Positions 25,348-35,926 of a DNA stretch of 64,000 nt are shown here, piece after piece. The DNA comes from an uncultured Muribaculaceae bacterium (lineage in GTDB: Bacteria; Bacteroidota; Bacteroidia; Bacteroidales; Muribaculaceae): assembly GCA_910584125.1 (NCBI GenBank), contig CAJTXU010000007.1:14315-78314 (forward strand), read 5' to 3'. The position numbers and the translations under genes were made by a program. How positions within the stretch are numbered: position 1 is the stretch's first letter; every line of letters begins with the position of its first letter. Under the pieces are notes generated by a model that was given only the letters and a program-made list of their open reading frames with translations, made no database searches and had not been told where the DNA came from.

Positions 25348-27468
25348 ATGGCAGCGAAAAAAAACAACAAGACACACATCCTGTTCCGTTACGGCATCAT
25401 CACAATCATGTTCGTGGCTTTCGGCGTGGCCCTGCTGGTCAAGCTGTTCCAGACCACCGTGGTCGACGCCAAGGAGTGGAACGCCCGCGCGAAAGCCGAG
25501 CTCTCGCGCATCGACACAATAGCCCCCGAACGGGGCAACATCCTGGCCGACAACGGCAACATCCTGGCCTGCAACCTCAAGGTCTATGACATAAAGCTCG
25601 ACCTGCGCCACGACAAGATCCTGAAGATGAAGGTCATCCCCTGGAAGGACATCGACGCGCTGGCCGACTCGCTCGACACCTATTACCCCAGGATCCCGAA
25701 CGTGCTGACGAGCCCCGCCGACACCTTCGCCAAGTATTCCTGGCACACAAGGCTCAAACGCGAGTTCGAGAAGCCGGACTCGCTGCGTCCGCGCGCGCTG
25801 CGGCTCGCCCGCAAGAAGACCCTCGAGGACTACGAACGCATCAAGAAGTTCCCATTCCTCAAGGATATAGAGGGACGTCACCCGCTATACAAGGAGGTGC
25901 GCAACACGCGCATCTATCCGTTCGGCAAAATGGCATACCGCAGCATCGGCCGCGTCAACGAAAACCAGTTCACGCGCCAGATCCACGGCTACTCGGGCCT
26001 TGAGAAAGACCTCGACACCCTGCTATACGGCAAGCCCGGTCTCGCCAAGAAGGTGGCCCTCACCTCGGGCATAAGCAACTGGGTGACGACGCCGCCGCGC
26101 CGTGGATTCGACATCCACACCACGATCGACATCGACATGCAGGACATGCTCGAGGAGGAACTCCACAACATCTGCGCCGAAGCCGGAGCCGAATGGGGAA
26201 CGGCGATCCTCATGGAGGTCAAGACCGGCGAGATCAAGGCCATTTCCAACATCGAGCTCCTCGAGGACGGCACTTACGGCGAGGCCCTCAACCGCGCCGT
26301 GCTGCCATACGAGCCGGGCTCGGTGATGAAGCCCATATCGCTGATGATCGCATTCGAGGACGGCCTGGTGAGAAACGTCACCGACGCCGTCGACTGCAGC
26401 CCGTTCATGAAGACATCCGACCCCCACGGAGGCGGCATGAAGAACATGAAGCAGGTCATCGAGCAGTCGTCCAACACCGGCATCTCGCGCGTCATATTCC
26501 GCGGATATTCCAAGAACCCCGAGAAATGGTACGACCGCCTCGAAGGGCTCGGATTCTTCGAGCCTATCCGCTCGGGCATCGCCGGCGAGTGCACGCCGCG
26601 CATACGCCGCCTCACCGACAAGGACTCGCGCGGCAACAACATCACCATGACGGCCCGCCACCTCGACCTCGCGCGCCAGGCCTACGGATACAACACCGAG
26701 CTGCCGCCGCTCTTCACCCTCTCGGTCTACAACGCCATCGCCAACGACGGCAAGTACGTGCGCCCGCACCTGGTCAAGAGCCTCATCGACGAGGACGGAC
26801 GCGACTCCGTGCTCAAGATCGACTACATCCGCGACAGCATCTGCTCGCAGGCCACGGCCCGCAAGGTGCGCGAGTGCATCCGCGAGGTCGTCTGGGGCGA
26901 CCACGGCACCGCCCGTCTCGTGCGCGACGACCGCGTCTGCGTGGTCGGAAAGACCGGAACGGCCTACCCCGTGGAACACGGCGTCTACAACAAGTCGAAG
27001 CGACGCTACGCGTTCGCCGGATTCTTCCCCTACGACAACCCCAAATACAGCTGCATGGCCCTCGTGCTCTCGGGCGCCGGCAACTCGGCCAACCGGACCT
27101 CGGGCCAGGTGGTCAAGAACATGGCAATCAAGATGTATTCGCGAGGCATGCTCAACAACGCCTCGACCTACACGGCCGAACGTAAGGACGACGCCCCCGT
27201 CGTGTCGGGCACGACCGGCGGCGGCCTCACCCGTCTGGCCGCGGCCGTCGGCATCAAGGTCATAAAGCGCGTCAAGGTGGCGCCCGCGACCCCGATCGGA
27301 CGTGTGCCCGACGTGACCGGCTATGACGTCCCCTCCGCGCTCCGAATCCTCGAGGGCCACGGCCTGAACGTCAAGACCACCGGCTCGGGCCACGTGACCG
27401 CACAGTCGCTGGCCGCCGGATCGGCCTACCGCCGGGGCCAGGAGATAATGCTGACATTGAGAAACTGA
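25348..27468 (+). CDS. ftsI: Division transpeptidase PBP3 with PASTA domain
   Basis: RGNILA, EPGSVMK (SxxK), SSN, KTGTA and C-terminal VPDVTG PASTA. Confidence 0.93.
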   Translation: MAAKKNNKTHILFRYGIITIMFVAFGVALLVKLFQTTVVDAKEWNARAKAELSRIDTIAPERGNILADNGNILACNLKVYDIKLDLRHDKILKMKVIPWKDIDALADSLDTYYPRIPNVLTSPADTFAKYSWHTRLKREFEKPDSLRPRALRLARKKTLEDYERIKKFPFLKDIEGRHPLYKEVRNTRIYPFGKMAYRSIGRVNENQFTRQIHGYSGLEKDLDTLLYGKPGLAKKVALTSGISNWVTTPPRRGFDIHTTIDIDMQDMLEEELHNICAEAGAEWGTAILMEVKTGEIKAISNIELLEDGTYGEALNRAVLPYEPGSVMKPISLMIAFEDGLVRNVTDAVDCSPFMKTSDPHGGGMKNMKQVIEQSSNTGISRVIFRGYSKNPEKWYDRLEGLGFFEPIRSGIAGECTPRIRRLTDKDSRGNNITMTARHLDLARQAYGYNTELPPLFTLSVYNAIANDGKYVRPHLVKSLIDEDGRDSVLKIDYIRDSICSQATARKVRECIREVVWGDHGTARLVRDDRVCVVGKTGTAYPVEHGVYNKSKRRYAFAGFFPYDNPKYSCMALVLSGAGNSANRTSGQVVKNMAIKMYSRGMLNNASTYTAERKDDAPVVSGTTGGGLTRLAAAVGIKVIKRVKVAPATPIGRVPDVTGYDVPSALRILEGHGLNVKTTGSGHVTAQSLAAGSAYRRGQEIMLTLRN

Positions 27469-27503
27469 CACTGATTAAGAAAAAAATAGACAATACACAT
27501 ACA

Positions 27504-28970
27504 ATGACCATCAAACTATCCAGACTTCTCGAAGACATCCGACCTCTTGAAGTGATCGGAGACACCGAGAAAAACATCATAGGCGTCGAGAGCGACTCGC
27601 GCAAGGTTGAGAAAGACTCGCTGTTCGTGGCGGTGCGAGGCGTCACCACCGACGGCCATAAATACATCCCAGTGGTGGCCAGCGCCCACGTCGGCGCCAT
27701 TGTGTGCGAGGACCTGCCGGCCTCGCTCGAGAAGGGCATCACATACATCCGCGTCGCGAACTCGGCCGAGGCCCTCGGCCTGCTCGCCTCGGCATGGTAC
27801 GGCCACCCGTCGCGCCAGCTGAAGCTCGTGGGAGTCACCGGCACCAACGGCAAGACCACCACGGCCACGCTGCTCTACGAGATGGCAAAGCTCGAGGGCT
27901 ACAAGGCCGGTCTGCTCTCGACGGTCTGCAACTACATCCAGGACCGCGCCATACCCACCACCCACACCACTCCCGACCCGCTGACGCTCAACGAGCTGCT
28001 GGCCGAGATGGTCGAGGCGGGATGCGACTACGCCTTCATGGAGGTCTCGAGCCACGCAGCCCAGCAGCACCGCATCGCCGGCCTCAGGTTCAAGGGCGGC
28101 GTCTTCTCCAACCTGACGCGCGACCACCTCGACTATCACGGCACGGTCGAGAACTATATGAACGCCAAGAAGATGTTCTTCGACTCGCTCGACGCCGACG
28201 CCTTCGCCCTGGTCAACATCGACGACAAGGCGGGGATGTATATGGTGCAGAACACTCGCGCCCATGTCTACACCTACTCGCTGCGCTCGGATGCGGACTT
28301 CCGCTGCAAGATACTCGAGACGCGCCTCGACGGCACGCTGCTGCAGCTCGACGGCCATGACATCGAGGTAGGCTTCACGGGCCGCTTCAACGCCTACAAC
28401 CTCACGGCCGTCTACGGCGCCTCGATCCTCACCGGATTCCCCGAGGAGGAGGTGCGCGTCAACATGAGCCGCCTCGTGCCCGTGGCCGGACGCTTCCAGA
28501 CGTTCCGCTCGGCCGACGGCGTGACGGCCATAGTCGACTACGCCCACACTCCCGACGCGCTGGTCAACGTGCTCGACACGATACGCGACGTGGTGGGAGT
28601 CAACGGCCGCATCACCACCGTGGTGGGGGCCGGAGGCAACCGCGACCACGGCAAGCGGCCCATGATGGCCCGCGAGGCCGCTTGCCGCAGCGACCTGCTG
28701 ATTCTCACCAGCGACAACCCCCGCGACGAGGAACCCGACGCGATCATCGCCGACATGCGCGCCGGACTCACCGACGACGAGATGCGCCGCACGCTCTGCA
28801 TCACCGACCGGCGCGAGGCGATCCGCACCGCGATCCGCATGGCGCAGCCCGGCACGGTGGTGCTCGTGGCCGGCAAGGGCCACGAGCCTTACCAGGAGGT
28901 CAAGGGCGTCCGACATCATTTCGACGACCGCGAGGAGGTGAGCGCCGAGCTCGCCGCACGGAAGGGATAA
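27504..28970 (+). CDS. murE: UDP-MurNAc-dipeptide:meso-DAP ligase
   Basis: [34 protein letters not shown] (DAP specificity) and AGKGHE. Confidence 0.97.
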   Translation: MTIKLSRLLEDIRPLEVIGDTEKNIIGVESDSRKVEKDSLFVAVRGVTTDGHKYIPVVASAHVGAIVCEDLPASLEKGITYIRVANSAEALGLLASAWYGHPSRQLKLVGVTGTNGKTTTATLLYEMAKLEGYKAGLLSTVCNYIQDRAIPTTHTTPDPLTLNELLAEMVEAGCDYAFMEVSSHAAQQHRIAGLRFKGGVFSNLTRDHLDYHGTVENYMNAKKMFFDSLDADAFALVNIDDKAGMYMVQNTRAHVYTYSLRSDADFRCKILETRLDGTLLQLDGHDIEVGFTGRFNAYNLTAVYGASILTGFPEEEVRVNMSRLVPVAGRFQTFRSADGVTAIVDYAHTPDALVNVLDTIRDVVGVNGRITTVVGAGGNRDHGKRPMMAREAACRSDLLILTSDNPRDEEPDAIIADMRAGLTDDEMRRTLCITDRREAIRTAIRMAQPGTVVLVAGKGHEPYQEVKGVRHHFDDREEVSAELAARKG

Positions 28971-29004
28971 TGCATGATTCATGATTCAAGATGCATAATT
29001 CATA
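28970..29004. repeat. 7-mer tandem array (ATGCATG ATTCATG ATTCAAG ATGCATA ATTCATA)
   Basis: Five degenerate heptamers in the murE-mraY spacer. Confidence 0.7.
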
Positions 29005-29026
29005 ATTTAATTCGAATTTAGAACTC

Positions 29027-30337
29027 ATGATATACTGGCTATTGGAGGCTCTTGACGGATGGCGGTTCCCAGGCCATAACCTGATGGGTTACATCACGTT
29101 CAGAGCCGGAATATCTTTCGCGCTGTCGCTGGTGATAGCGCTCGTGTTCGGCCACCGCGTCATCGCCCGCCTGCAGAAGATGCAGATCGGCGAGGTGGTG
29201 CGCAACCTCGGACTCGAGGGCCAGCTGGCCAAGAAGGGCACCCCCACCATGGGAGGCATCATCATAATCATGGCCACGCTCATCCCTTGCCTGCTGATGG
29301 GCAATCTGTCGAACATCTACATGATCCTGATGATCGTCGCCACGCTCTGGATGGGCAGCATCGGTTTTCTCGACGACTACCGCAAGCTCAAATACCACAA
29401 CAAGGACGGCCTCAAGGGTAAATACAAGGTGACCGGCCAGGTCGGCCTCGGGCTGCTGGTGGGCATCACGATGTGGCTCTCGCCGCAGATCGTGATGAGC
29501 GAGAACTTCGAACGCGAGATCGTGTCGCAGGGCACGGTGGTCAGCGCCGACGGCACACCCGGCGAGGCCGAGACCGTCACCGAGGTCGTGGTCTCCAAAG
29601 ACGAGATCAAATCGCCGCAGACCACCATCCCGTTCGTCAAGAACAACAACTTCAACTATCAGTGGCTCATGTCGTGGGTGCCCGACGCCAACGCCGCCCA
29701 GACGCTCGGCTGGCTCGTGTTCGTGCTCGTCGTGGTCGTGGCCGTGACGGCCGTCAGCAACGGCGCCAACCTCACCGACGGCATCGACGGCCTCTGCGCC
29801 GGGACGTCGGCCATAATCGGCGTCGCCCTGCTCATCATGGCTTATCTCGGAGGCAACGTGATCTATTCGAGCTACCTGAACATCATGTACATACCGGGCT
29901 CGGAGGAACTCGTGGTGTTCGCCGGCGCGTTCATCGGAGCCCTGGTGGGATTCCTGTGGTACAACGCCTTCCCCGCGCAGGTCTTCATGGGCGACACGGG
30001 CTCGCTGACCATCGGCGGCATCCTGGCCGTCTTCGCCATCCTGATCCGCAAGGAGCTCCTGATTCCGCTGCTCTGCCTGATATTCTTCCTCGAAGACCTC
30101 TCGGTGCTCATCCAGGTGTCTTATTTCAAATACACCAAGAAGAAATATGGCGAGGGGCGCCGCGTGTTCAAGATGACGCCGCTGCACCACCACTTCCAGA
30201 AGGCCGCCGACCCGACAGCCGCCGTCAAATGGAACTTCCCCGTCAACCCGATGCACGAGAACAAGATCGTGACGCGCTTCTGGATCGTCGGCATCCTGCT
30301 CGCCGCCCTGACGTTCGTCACTTTGAAAATCAGATAA
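29027..30337 (+). CDS. mraY: Phospho-MurNAc-pentapeptide transferase
   Basis: KKGTPTMGG, GFLDDY, SNGANLTDGIDGL, VFMGDTGSL and PLHHHF. Confidence 0.97.
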   Translation: MIYWLLEALDGWRFPGHNLMGYITFRAGISFALSLVIALVFGHRVIARLQKMQIGEVVRNLGLEGQLAKKGTPTMGGIIIIMATLIPCLLMGNLSNIYMILMIVATLWMGSIGFLDDYRKLKYHNKDGLKGKYKVTGQVGLGLLVGITMWLSPQIVMSENFEREIVSQGTVVSADGTPGEAETVTEVVVSKDEIKSPQTTIPFVKNNNFNYQWLMSWVPDANAAQTLGWLVFVLVVVVAVTAVSNGANLTDGIDGLCAGTSAIIGVALLIMAYLGGNVIYSSYLNIMYIPGSEELVVFAGAFIGALVGFLWYNAFPAQVFMGDTGSLTIGGILAVFAILIRKELLIPLLCLIFFLEDLSVLIQVSYFKYTKKKYGEGRRVFKMTPLHHHFQKAADPTAAVKWNFPVNPMHENKIVTRFWIVGILLAALTFVTLKIR

Positions 30338-30363
30338 TCAGCCGCTAAAACTTAGATAAAGCA

Positions 30364-31731
30364 ATGGAGAAATTAGTAGTGCTTGGCGGAGGCGAGAGCG
30401 GTGTCGGAGCCGCCATCCTCGGCAAGACAAAGGGTATGGAGGTCTTCCTCAGCGACATGGGGGAGATCAAGCCGCAATACAGGGAGATGCTCGACAGCGA
30501 GGGCATCGCCTACGAGCAGGGAGGCCACACCGAGGAGCGCCTGCTCGACGCCGACCTCGTGGTCAAGAGCCCCGGCATCCCCCCCTACGCCCCGCTCGTA
30601 CGCAAGTTCACCGAGAAAGGCACGCCCGTAATCTCTGAAATAGAGTTCGCCGGCCGCTACACCGACGCCCGCATGGTGTGCATCACCGGCAGCAACGGCA
30701 AGACGACCACTACCCTGCTGACATACCACATCCTCAAGGAGGCAGGGCTCAACGTCGGCCTGGCCGGAAACGTCGGCCGCAGCATGGCCCTGCAGGTGGC
30801 GCGCGAGCACCACGACATATACGTCATCGAGCTCTCCAGCTTCCAGCTCGAGAACATGTATGACTTCAAGGCCGGAATCGCCGTCATAACCAACATAACC
30901 CCCGACCACCTGGACCGCTACGACCATAAGATGGAGAATTACGTCGCCGCCAAGTTCCGCATCCTGCAGAACCAGGGCCCCGACGACTATTTCATCTACT
31001 GGCACGACGACCCCGTGGTGCGCGACCAAATCAGGCAGATGCAGATCGAGGCCGTGCAGATGCCCTTCAGCGAGTTTCACGAGGAGGGCGTCAAGGCCTG
31101 GGTCGAGGACGGCATCGTGAAGTTCGAGACGCCGATGGAGGTCTGGGACATTCCGCGCGACAAGCTGTCGCTCACCGGCCTGCACAACCTCTACAACTCG
31201 ATGGCGGCCGGACTCTCGGCCAGCATCCTGAACATCAAGAAAGACACCATCCGCCACGCCCTGGCCGACTTCGAGGCCGTGGAGCACAGGCTCGAATACG
31301 TGGCCACCGTCGGCGGCGTGAGATGGATCAACGACTCCAAGGCCACCAACGTCAACTCGACGTGGTATGCCCTGGAGAGCATGACGTCGCCCACGGTGCT
31401 CATACTCGGCGGCAAGGACAAGGGCAACGACTACACCGAGATCGAGCGTCTCGTGGCCGACAAGGTCAAGGCCATAGTCTGCATGGGCAAGGACAACGCC
31501 AAGCTGCTCGATTTCTTCGCGGGCAAGGTGCCCGAGATCCGCGACACGCATTCAATCGAGGACGCCGTCAGTGCCTGCGCCGAGATAGCCGCTGAGGGCG
31601 ACACGGTGCTGCTGTCGCCATGCTGCGCGAGCTTCGACCTCTTCAAGAGCTATGAAGACCGCGGCGAGCAGTTCAAGCGTCTCGTCAGGGCGATGGAGGC
31701 ATCGGCCGGAGCGGAAGGCGACGCTATTTAA
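30364..31731 (+). CDS. murD: UDP-MurNAc-L-Ala:D-Glu ligase
   Basis: ITGSNGKTTT, ELSSFQL, DHLDRY, EHRLE, NDSKATN and LLSPCCASFD. Confidence 0.97.
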   Translation: MEKLVVLGGGESGVGAAILGKTKGMEVFLSDMGEIKPQYREMLDSEGIAYEQGGHTEERLLDADLVVKSPGIPPYAPLVRKFTEKGTPVISEIEFAGRYTDARMVCITGSNGKTTTTLLTYHILKEAGLNVGLAGNVGRSMALQVAREHHDIYVIELSSFQLENMYDFKAGIAVITNITPDHLDRYDHKMENYVAAKFRILQNQGPDDYFIYWHDDPVVRDQIRQMQIEAVQMPFSEFHEEGVKAWVEDGIVKFETPMEVWDIPRDKLSLTGLHNLYNSMAAGLSASILNIKKDTIRHALADFEAVEHRLEYVATVGGVRWINDSKATNVNSTWYALESMTSPTVLILGGKDKGNDYTEIERLVADKVKAIVCMGKDNAKLLDFFAGKVPEIRDTHSIEDAVSACAEIAAEGDTVLLSPCCASFDLFKSYEDRGEQFKRLVRAMEASAGAEGDAI

Positions 31732-31766
31732 CATAATCAGACACGATAAAAAGGAAGGAGATAGAG

Positions 31767-33236
31767 ATGGATAACAACGAGCTGACCGAGGAGCTGGAGA
31801 TCCGCGAGACAGTCGACGGAGTCTACGCCGGCGGCGGAGCCGCACAGGGAACGGCGTCCGGCTCCCCCGCCGGGGCCCCGGCCGCGGGCGCCAAGAGCAC
31901 CGCGTCCAAGGGCCGCGCCAAGAGCGAGGAGGCCAAGGTGGCCGCCCTACACAAGAAGAAGGGACGCCCCGACCCTTACATCTGGGGAATTTACATCGCC
32001 ATCCTGATGATCAGCGTGGTCGAGCTGTTCAGCGCCTCGAGCACCGAGGTGTCCGGCTCGAACGTCTACGGCCCGCTGATCAGGCACGGCATGTTCCTCG
32101 TCATGGGCTTCGGCATCGTGCTCTGGCTCCAGAAGACGCCCTATACGATCATCAACAAGTTCGCATGGCTCTTCGCGATAGTCTCGCTCGGGCTGCTGCT
32201 GCTGTCGAGCCTCATAGGCGTCGACATCAACGGCGCGCAGAGGGCGCTGCGCTTCGCCGGCGTCACGATCCAGCCGGCCGAGATCGTCAAGCTCTCGGTG
32301 GTGTGCCTGCTGGCGTCGATCTTAGGCAAGAACCAGACCCCGGGCGGAGTGACCAACACTGGCGTCATCACGGCCTCGGTGGTGGTCATCGTGTTCAGCG
32401 CCTGCCTGTGGCGCAACGGACTCACCAACACGCTGCTGCTGATGTGCGTCAGCGTCTGCATGATGATCATCGGCGGCATCCAGATGAAGAAGTTCGCCAT
32501 GGTTATGGCCGTCTACGGTCTCGCCGCCGGCGCGCTGGTGTGCGTCAAGTACATCACGCCCGACTCCAACGAATACGACGCCGTGCGCGAGCGTCAGGAG
32601 CTCATGGCCCAGAACGACGGCAGCGCCCTGGTGCAGAACGTAGGCGAAGGGGGCTCGGGGCGCGTCAAGACACACATGGGGCGACTGGAGCGATACCGCC
32701 GAGGCGTCAAGCCCAACGACCCGATCGACGACTTCAACCGCCAGGTGATGTTCGCCAAGTTCTCGCAGGCCAACGGCGGCATGTTCGGCCAGGGACCCGG
32801 CAACTCGCGCGAAAGCGCGCGTCTGCCCCTCGCCTTCTCCGACTATATCTATTCGATCATAGTCGAGGACACCGGATTCGTCGGCGGCGCGTGCGTGCTG
32901 ATCCTCTTCCTGCTGCTGCTCGCCAGGGCCGGAAGGATAGCCTACAAATGCTCGCGCGCGTTCCCGGCATTCCTGATTCTCGGGTGCGCAGTGATGATCG
33001 TTTTCCAGGCCCTCGTCCACATGGCGATCGTAACGGGCATATTCCCCGTCTCGGGCCAACCGCTGCCATTCATATCCAAGGGCGGCACCTCGGTCATCGT
33101 GATGTCGGCCGCCCTGGGCATCATGCTCTCGGTGGCGAGGTTCGCCGCCCATTCGGGCGACTCGCAGCATATCCGCGCCGAGAAGAACGCTTTGCCCGAC
33201 GACATGCAGGCGGCCAACTTCAGCTCGCAGAAATAA
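31767..33236 (+). CDS. ftsW: SEDS peptidoglycan polymerase FtsW
   Basis: Multiple TM helices; NGAQR, IQPAEIVK, SDYIYSII.E and PVSGQPLPFISKGGTS; position in the dcw cluster. Confidence 0.93.
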   Translation: MDNNELTEELEIRETVDGVYAGGGAAQGTASGSPAGAPAAGAKSTASKGRAKSEEAKVAALHKKKGRPDPYIWGIYIAILMISVVELFSASSTEVSGSNVYGPLIRHGMFLVMGFGIVLWLQKTPYTIINKFAWLFAIVSLGLLLLSSLIGVDINGAQRALRFAGVTIQPAEIVKLSVVCLLASILGKNQTPGGVTNTGVITASVVVIVFSACLWRNGLTNTLLLMCVSVCMMIIGGIQMKKFAMVMAVYGLAAGALVCVKYITPDSNEYDAVRERQELMAQNDGSALVQNVGEGGSGRVKTHMGRLERYRRGVKPNDPIDDFNRQVMFAKFSQANGGMFGQGPGNSRESARLPLAFSDYIYSIIVEDTGFVGGACVLILFLLLLARAGRIAYKCSRAFPAFLILGCAVMIVFQALVHMAIVTGIFPVSGQPLPFISKGGTSVIVMSAALGIMLSVARFAAHSGDSQHIRAEKNALPDDMQAANFSSQK

Positions 33237-33252
33237 GACTACATCAACTACA

Positions 33253-34359
33253 ATGGAAAGACGCAGATACAGGATACTCATCAGCGGCGGAGGCACCGGA
33301 GGCCATATCTTCCCGGCCCTCTCGATCGCGAACGCCCTGAAGCGCAGGCTCGACGCCGACATTCTCTTCGTGGGCGCCGAGAACCGCATGGAGATGGAGA
33401 AGGTGCCGGCGGCCGGCTATCCCATCAAGGGGCTCCCCGTGGCGGGATTCGACCGCAAACGCCTCTGGCGGAATTTCGGCGTGCTGCTCAAGCTGCGCCG
33501 CAGCCTCGGCATGGCGCGGCGCATCGTGCGCGACTTCAAGCCCGACATTGCGATCGGCGTGGGCGGATACTGCTCGGGGCCGACGCTCAAGGCCGCGCAG
33601 AAGGCCGGAGTCCCGACCCTGCTCCAGGAACAGAACTCTTATGCCGGGGTCACCAACAAGCTGCTGGCCCGCCGCGCCGAGAAGATCTGCGTGGCATATG
33701 ACGGCATGGACCGTTTCTTCCCCGCCGACCGTATCATCAAGACCGGCAACCCGGTGCGCAAGGCCCTCACCGAGCGGGCACGCGAACGCCATGAGGCTCG
33801 CGCCTGCTTCGGGCTGAACACCGAGCGCCCCACCCTGCTCGTCATCGGGGGCTCGCTGGGCGCGCTCACCGTCAACGAGAGCATGGAGGCCGCGCTGGGC
33901 CGTCTGGTCGACAGCGGCATGCAGGTGATCTGGCAGACCGGCAAGAACTTCGGCGACCGGGGCCTCAAGGCAGCCAAGGGACTCAGGGGAGTGGTCGTCA
34001 CGCCCTTCATCACCGACATGGCCTCGGCCTATGCGGCCGCCGACCTCGTCGTGTCGCGTGCGGGCGCCGGCTCGATCAGCGAGCTCGAGCTGCTCGGCAA
34101 GCCCTGCGTGCTCGTGCCCTCGCCCAATGTGGCCGAGGACCATCAGACCAAGAACGCCATGGCCCTCGTGGAGCGCGGCGCCGCCGTGCTCGTCACCGAC
34201 GCCGAGGCCCGCGAACGCCTGGCCGACACCGTCGTCTCGCTCATGGCCGACGAAGGCCGCCGCGCCGCCATGGCCACAGCCATCTCGGCCCTCGCCATGC
34301 CCGACAGCGACGAGCTCATCGCCGACGAAGTGGAAAAGATTATAAAAAGTAAAAAGTAA
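33253..34359 (+). CDS. murG: Lipid II GlcNAc transferase
   Basis: GGGTGGHIFPA, QEQNSYAG, TGNPVR, GGSLGA, SRAGA and DHQTKNA. Confidence 0.97.
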   Translation: MERRRYRILISGGGTGGHIFPALSIANALKRRLDADILFVGAENRMEMEKVPAAGYPIKGLPVAGFDRKRLWRNFGVLLKLRRSLGMARRIVRDFKPDIAIGVGGYCSGPTLKAAQKAGVPTLLQEQNSYAGVTNKLLARRAEKICVAYDGMDRFFPADRIIKTGNPVRKALTERARERHEARACFGLNTERPTLLVIGGSLGALTVNESMEAALGRLVDSGMQVIWQTGKNFGDRGLKAAKGLRGVVVTPFITDMASAYAAADLVVSRAGAGSISELELLGKPCVLVPSPNVAEDHQTKNAMALVERGAAVLVTDAEARERLADTVVSLMADEGRRAAMATAISALAMPDSDELIADEVEKIIKSKK

Positions 34360-34427
34360 TAAGTAATAAGGGCTTTGCCCGATTCCCGTGCGAGGGCGAA
34401 GCCGCCTCCAAGGCGAAGCCGCCTCCA
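34345..34427. repeat. AAAAGTA/ATAAGTA heptamer array, hairpin and 16-bp direct repeat
   Basis: Heptamers at 34345-34370; GGCTTTGCCC...GGGCGAAGCC stem; GGCGAAGCCGCCTCCA at 34395 and 34412. Confidence 0.7.
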
Positions 34428-34455
34428 CCCTCAATGACTAAAACCACTATCCAAA

Positions 34456-35874
34456 TTGGAGAAAAAGATATATTTCGTTGGCGCCGGAGGCATCGGCATG
34501 GCCAACCTGGTAAGATACTATCTGCGGCACGGAGCCGCCGTAGCGGGCTACGACCGCTCCCCTTCCGCGCTGACACGACACCTCGAGGACGAGGGCGCCG
34601 TGCTGACATTCACAGCCGATGAGGCCGAAATCCCCGCCGGTTTCCGAGATCCGGCCGAGACGCTCGTGGTCTACACCCCCGCCGTGCCCGATTCCAACCC
34701 GATACTCTCCTACTTCCGCCGCGGCGGATTCGAGGTCATCAAGCGCGCCGCCCTGCTGGGCCGCATCACGCGCCACACCGACGCCATATGCGTGGCCGGA
34801 AGCCACGGCAAGACCACGACCTCGTCGATGATCGCCAACATCCTGCGAGACTCCTCGCAGGGCTGCACGGCCTTCCTCGGCGGGATACTCCGCAACACCG
34901 ACAGCAACCTCGTGCTCGACGAGACCTCGCGCCTCAGCGTCGTGGAGGCCGACGAGTACGACCGCTCGTTCCACCACCTGACGCCGATGATCGCGGTGGT
35001 GACATCGACCGATCCCGACCATCTCGACATCTACGGCGACGAGGAGCACTATCTGGAGGCGTTCACCAAGTTCACGTCTCTGATCCGCCCCGGAGGCACG
35101 CTGATCATGCACACCGGTCTGAAGATGCGACCCGACACGCAGCCGGGCGTGCGCGTCGTGACCTACAGCGGAGGCGCCGAGGGCGACTGGCACGCCGAGG
35201 ACATCGCGTTCGGCGAGGGCAAGGTGACATTCACCCTCGTCAGCCCAGAAGGCGTCCGTCTCGAAGGCGTCAGTCCGGGCGTCCCCGTCGAGATCAACAT
35301 CGACAACGCCGTGGCGGCCGCCGCCGCGGCCATCACGGCTGGAGCGACACCCGAGGAGGTGAAGCGCGGCCTGGCAACGTTCAAGGGGGCCAAAAGACGC
35401 TTCGAGGTCTGGCTCGACGGCTCCGAAACCGCGTCGCGCACAGTCCTGATCGACGACTACGCACACTCGCCCGGAGAGGTCCGCGCTTCGATTACGTCCG
35501 TGCGCAAGCTGTATCCGGGCCGTGAACTCACGGTGATATTCCAGCCCCACCTCTACACCCGCACCCGCGACTTCGCCGACGAGTTCGCCCAAGCCCTCTC
35601 GCAGGCCGACCGCGTCATAATGCCCGAGATATACCCCGCGCGCGAGCTCCCCATCGAGGGAATCTCGACCGAAACCATCCTGCGGAATGTTAAAAGCAAA
35701 GAAAAAAGCTACTGTGAGAGAAAAGATTTGCTGAATCTGATAAAAAATAGTAATTTTGAAATTCTAATGACTCTGGGCGCCGCCGACATCGACCGCGATC
35801 TCCCGGCGATAGCCGCCGCGCTCAGGGAAAAGGACGCCCCGGCGACGCCCGGAGCGTCCGCCGACAACCTATAA
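34456..35874 (+). CDS. murC: UDP-MurNAc:L-Ala ligase (TTG start)
   Basis: GAGGIGM, AGSHGKTTT, EADEYDRSF, DHLDIY, DDYAHSP and FQPHLYTRT. Confidence 0.96.
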   Translation: MEKKIYFVGAGGIGMANLVRYYLRHGAAVAGYDRSPSALTRHLEDEGAVLTFTADEAEIPAGFRDPAETLVVYTPAVPDSNPILSYFRRGGFEVIKRAALLGRITRHTDAICVAGSHGKTTTSSMIANILRDSSQGCTAFLGGILRNTDSNLVLDETSRLSVVEADEYDRSFHHLTPMIAVVTSTDPDHLDIYGDEEHYLEAFTKFTSLIRPGGTLIMHTGLKMRPDTQPGVRVVTYSGGAEGDWHAEDIAFGEGKVTFTLVSPEGVRLEGVSPGVPVEINIDNAVAAAAAAITAGATPEEVKRGLATFKGAKRRFEVWLDGSETASRTVLIDDYAHSPGEVRASITSVRKLYPGRELTVIFQPHLYTRTRDFADEFAQALSQADRVIMPEIYPARELPIEGISTETILRNVKSKEKSYCERKDLLNLIKNSNFEILMTLGAADIDRDLPAIAAALREKDAPATPGASADNL

Positions 35875-35908
35875 GACAACCGACAACGAATAAGACAACC
35901 GACAACGA
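35871..35908. repeat. 19-bp tandem duplication built on NGACAAC heptamers
   Basis: ATAAGACAACCGACAACGA twice in the murC-ftsQ spacer. Confidence 0.75.
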
Positions 35909-35926
35909 AACACACCTACTGGGAAA

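Noticed and set aside
27504..35874. Absence of murF, murB and ddl from the dcw cluster
   Set aside because: This is the usual arrangement in Bacteroidales, where these genes lie elsewhere.
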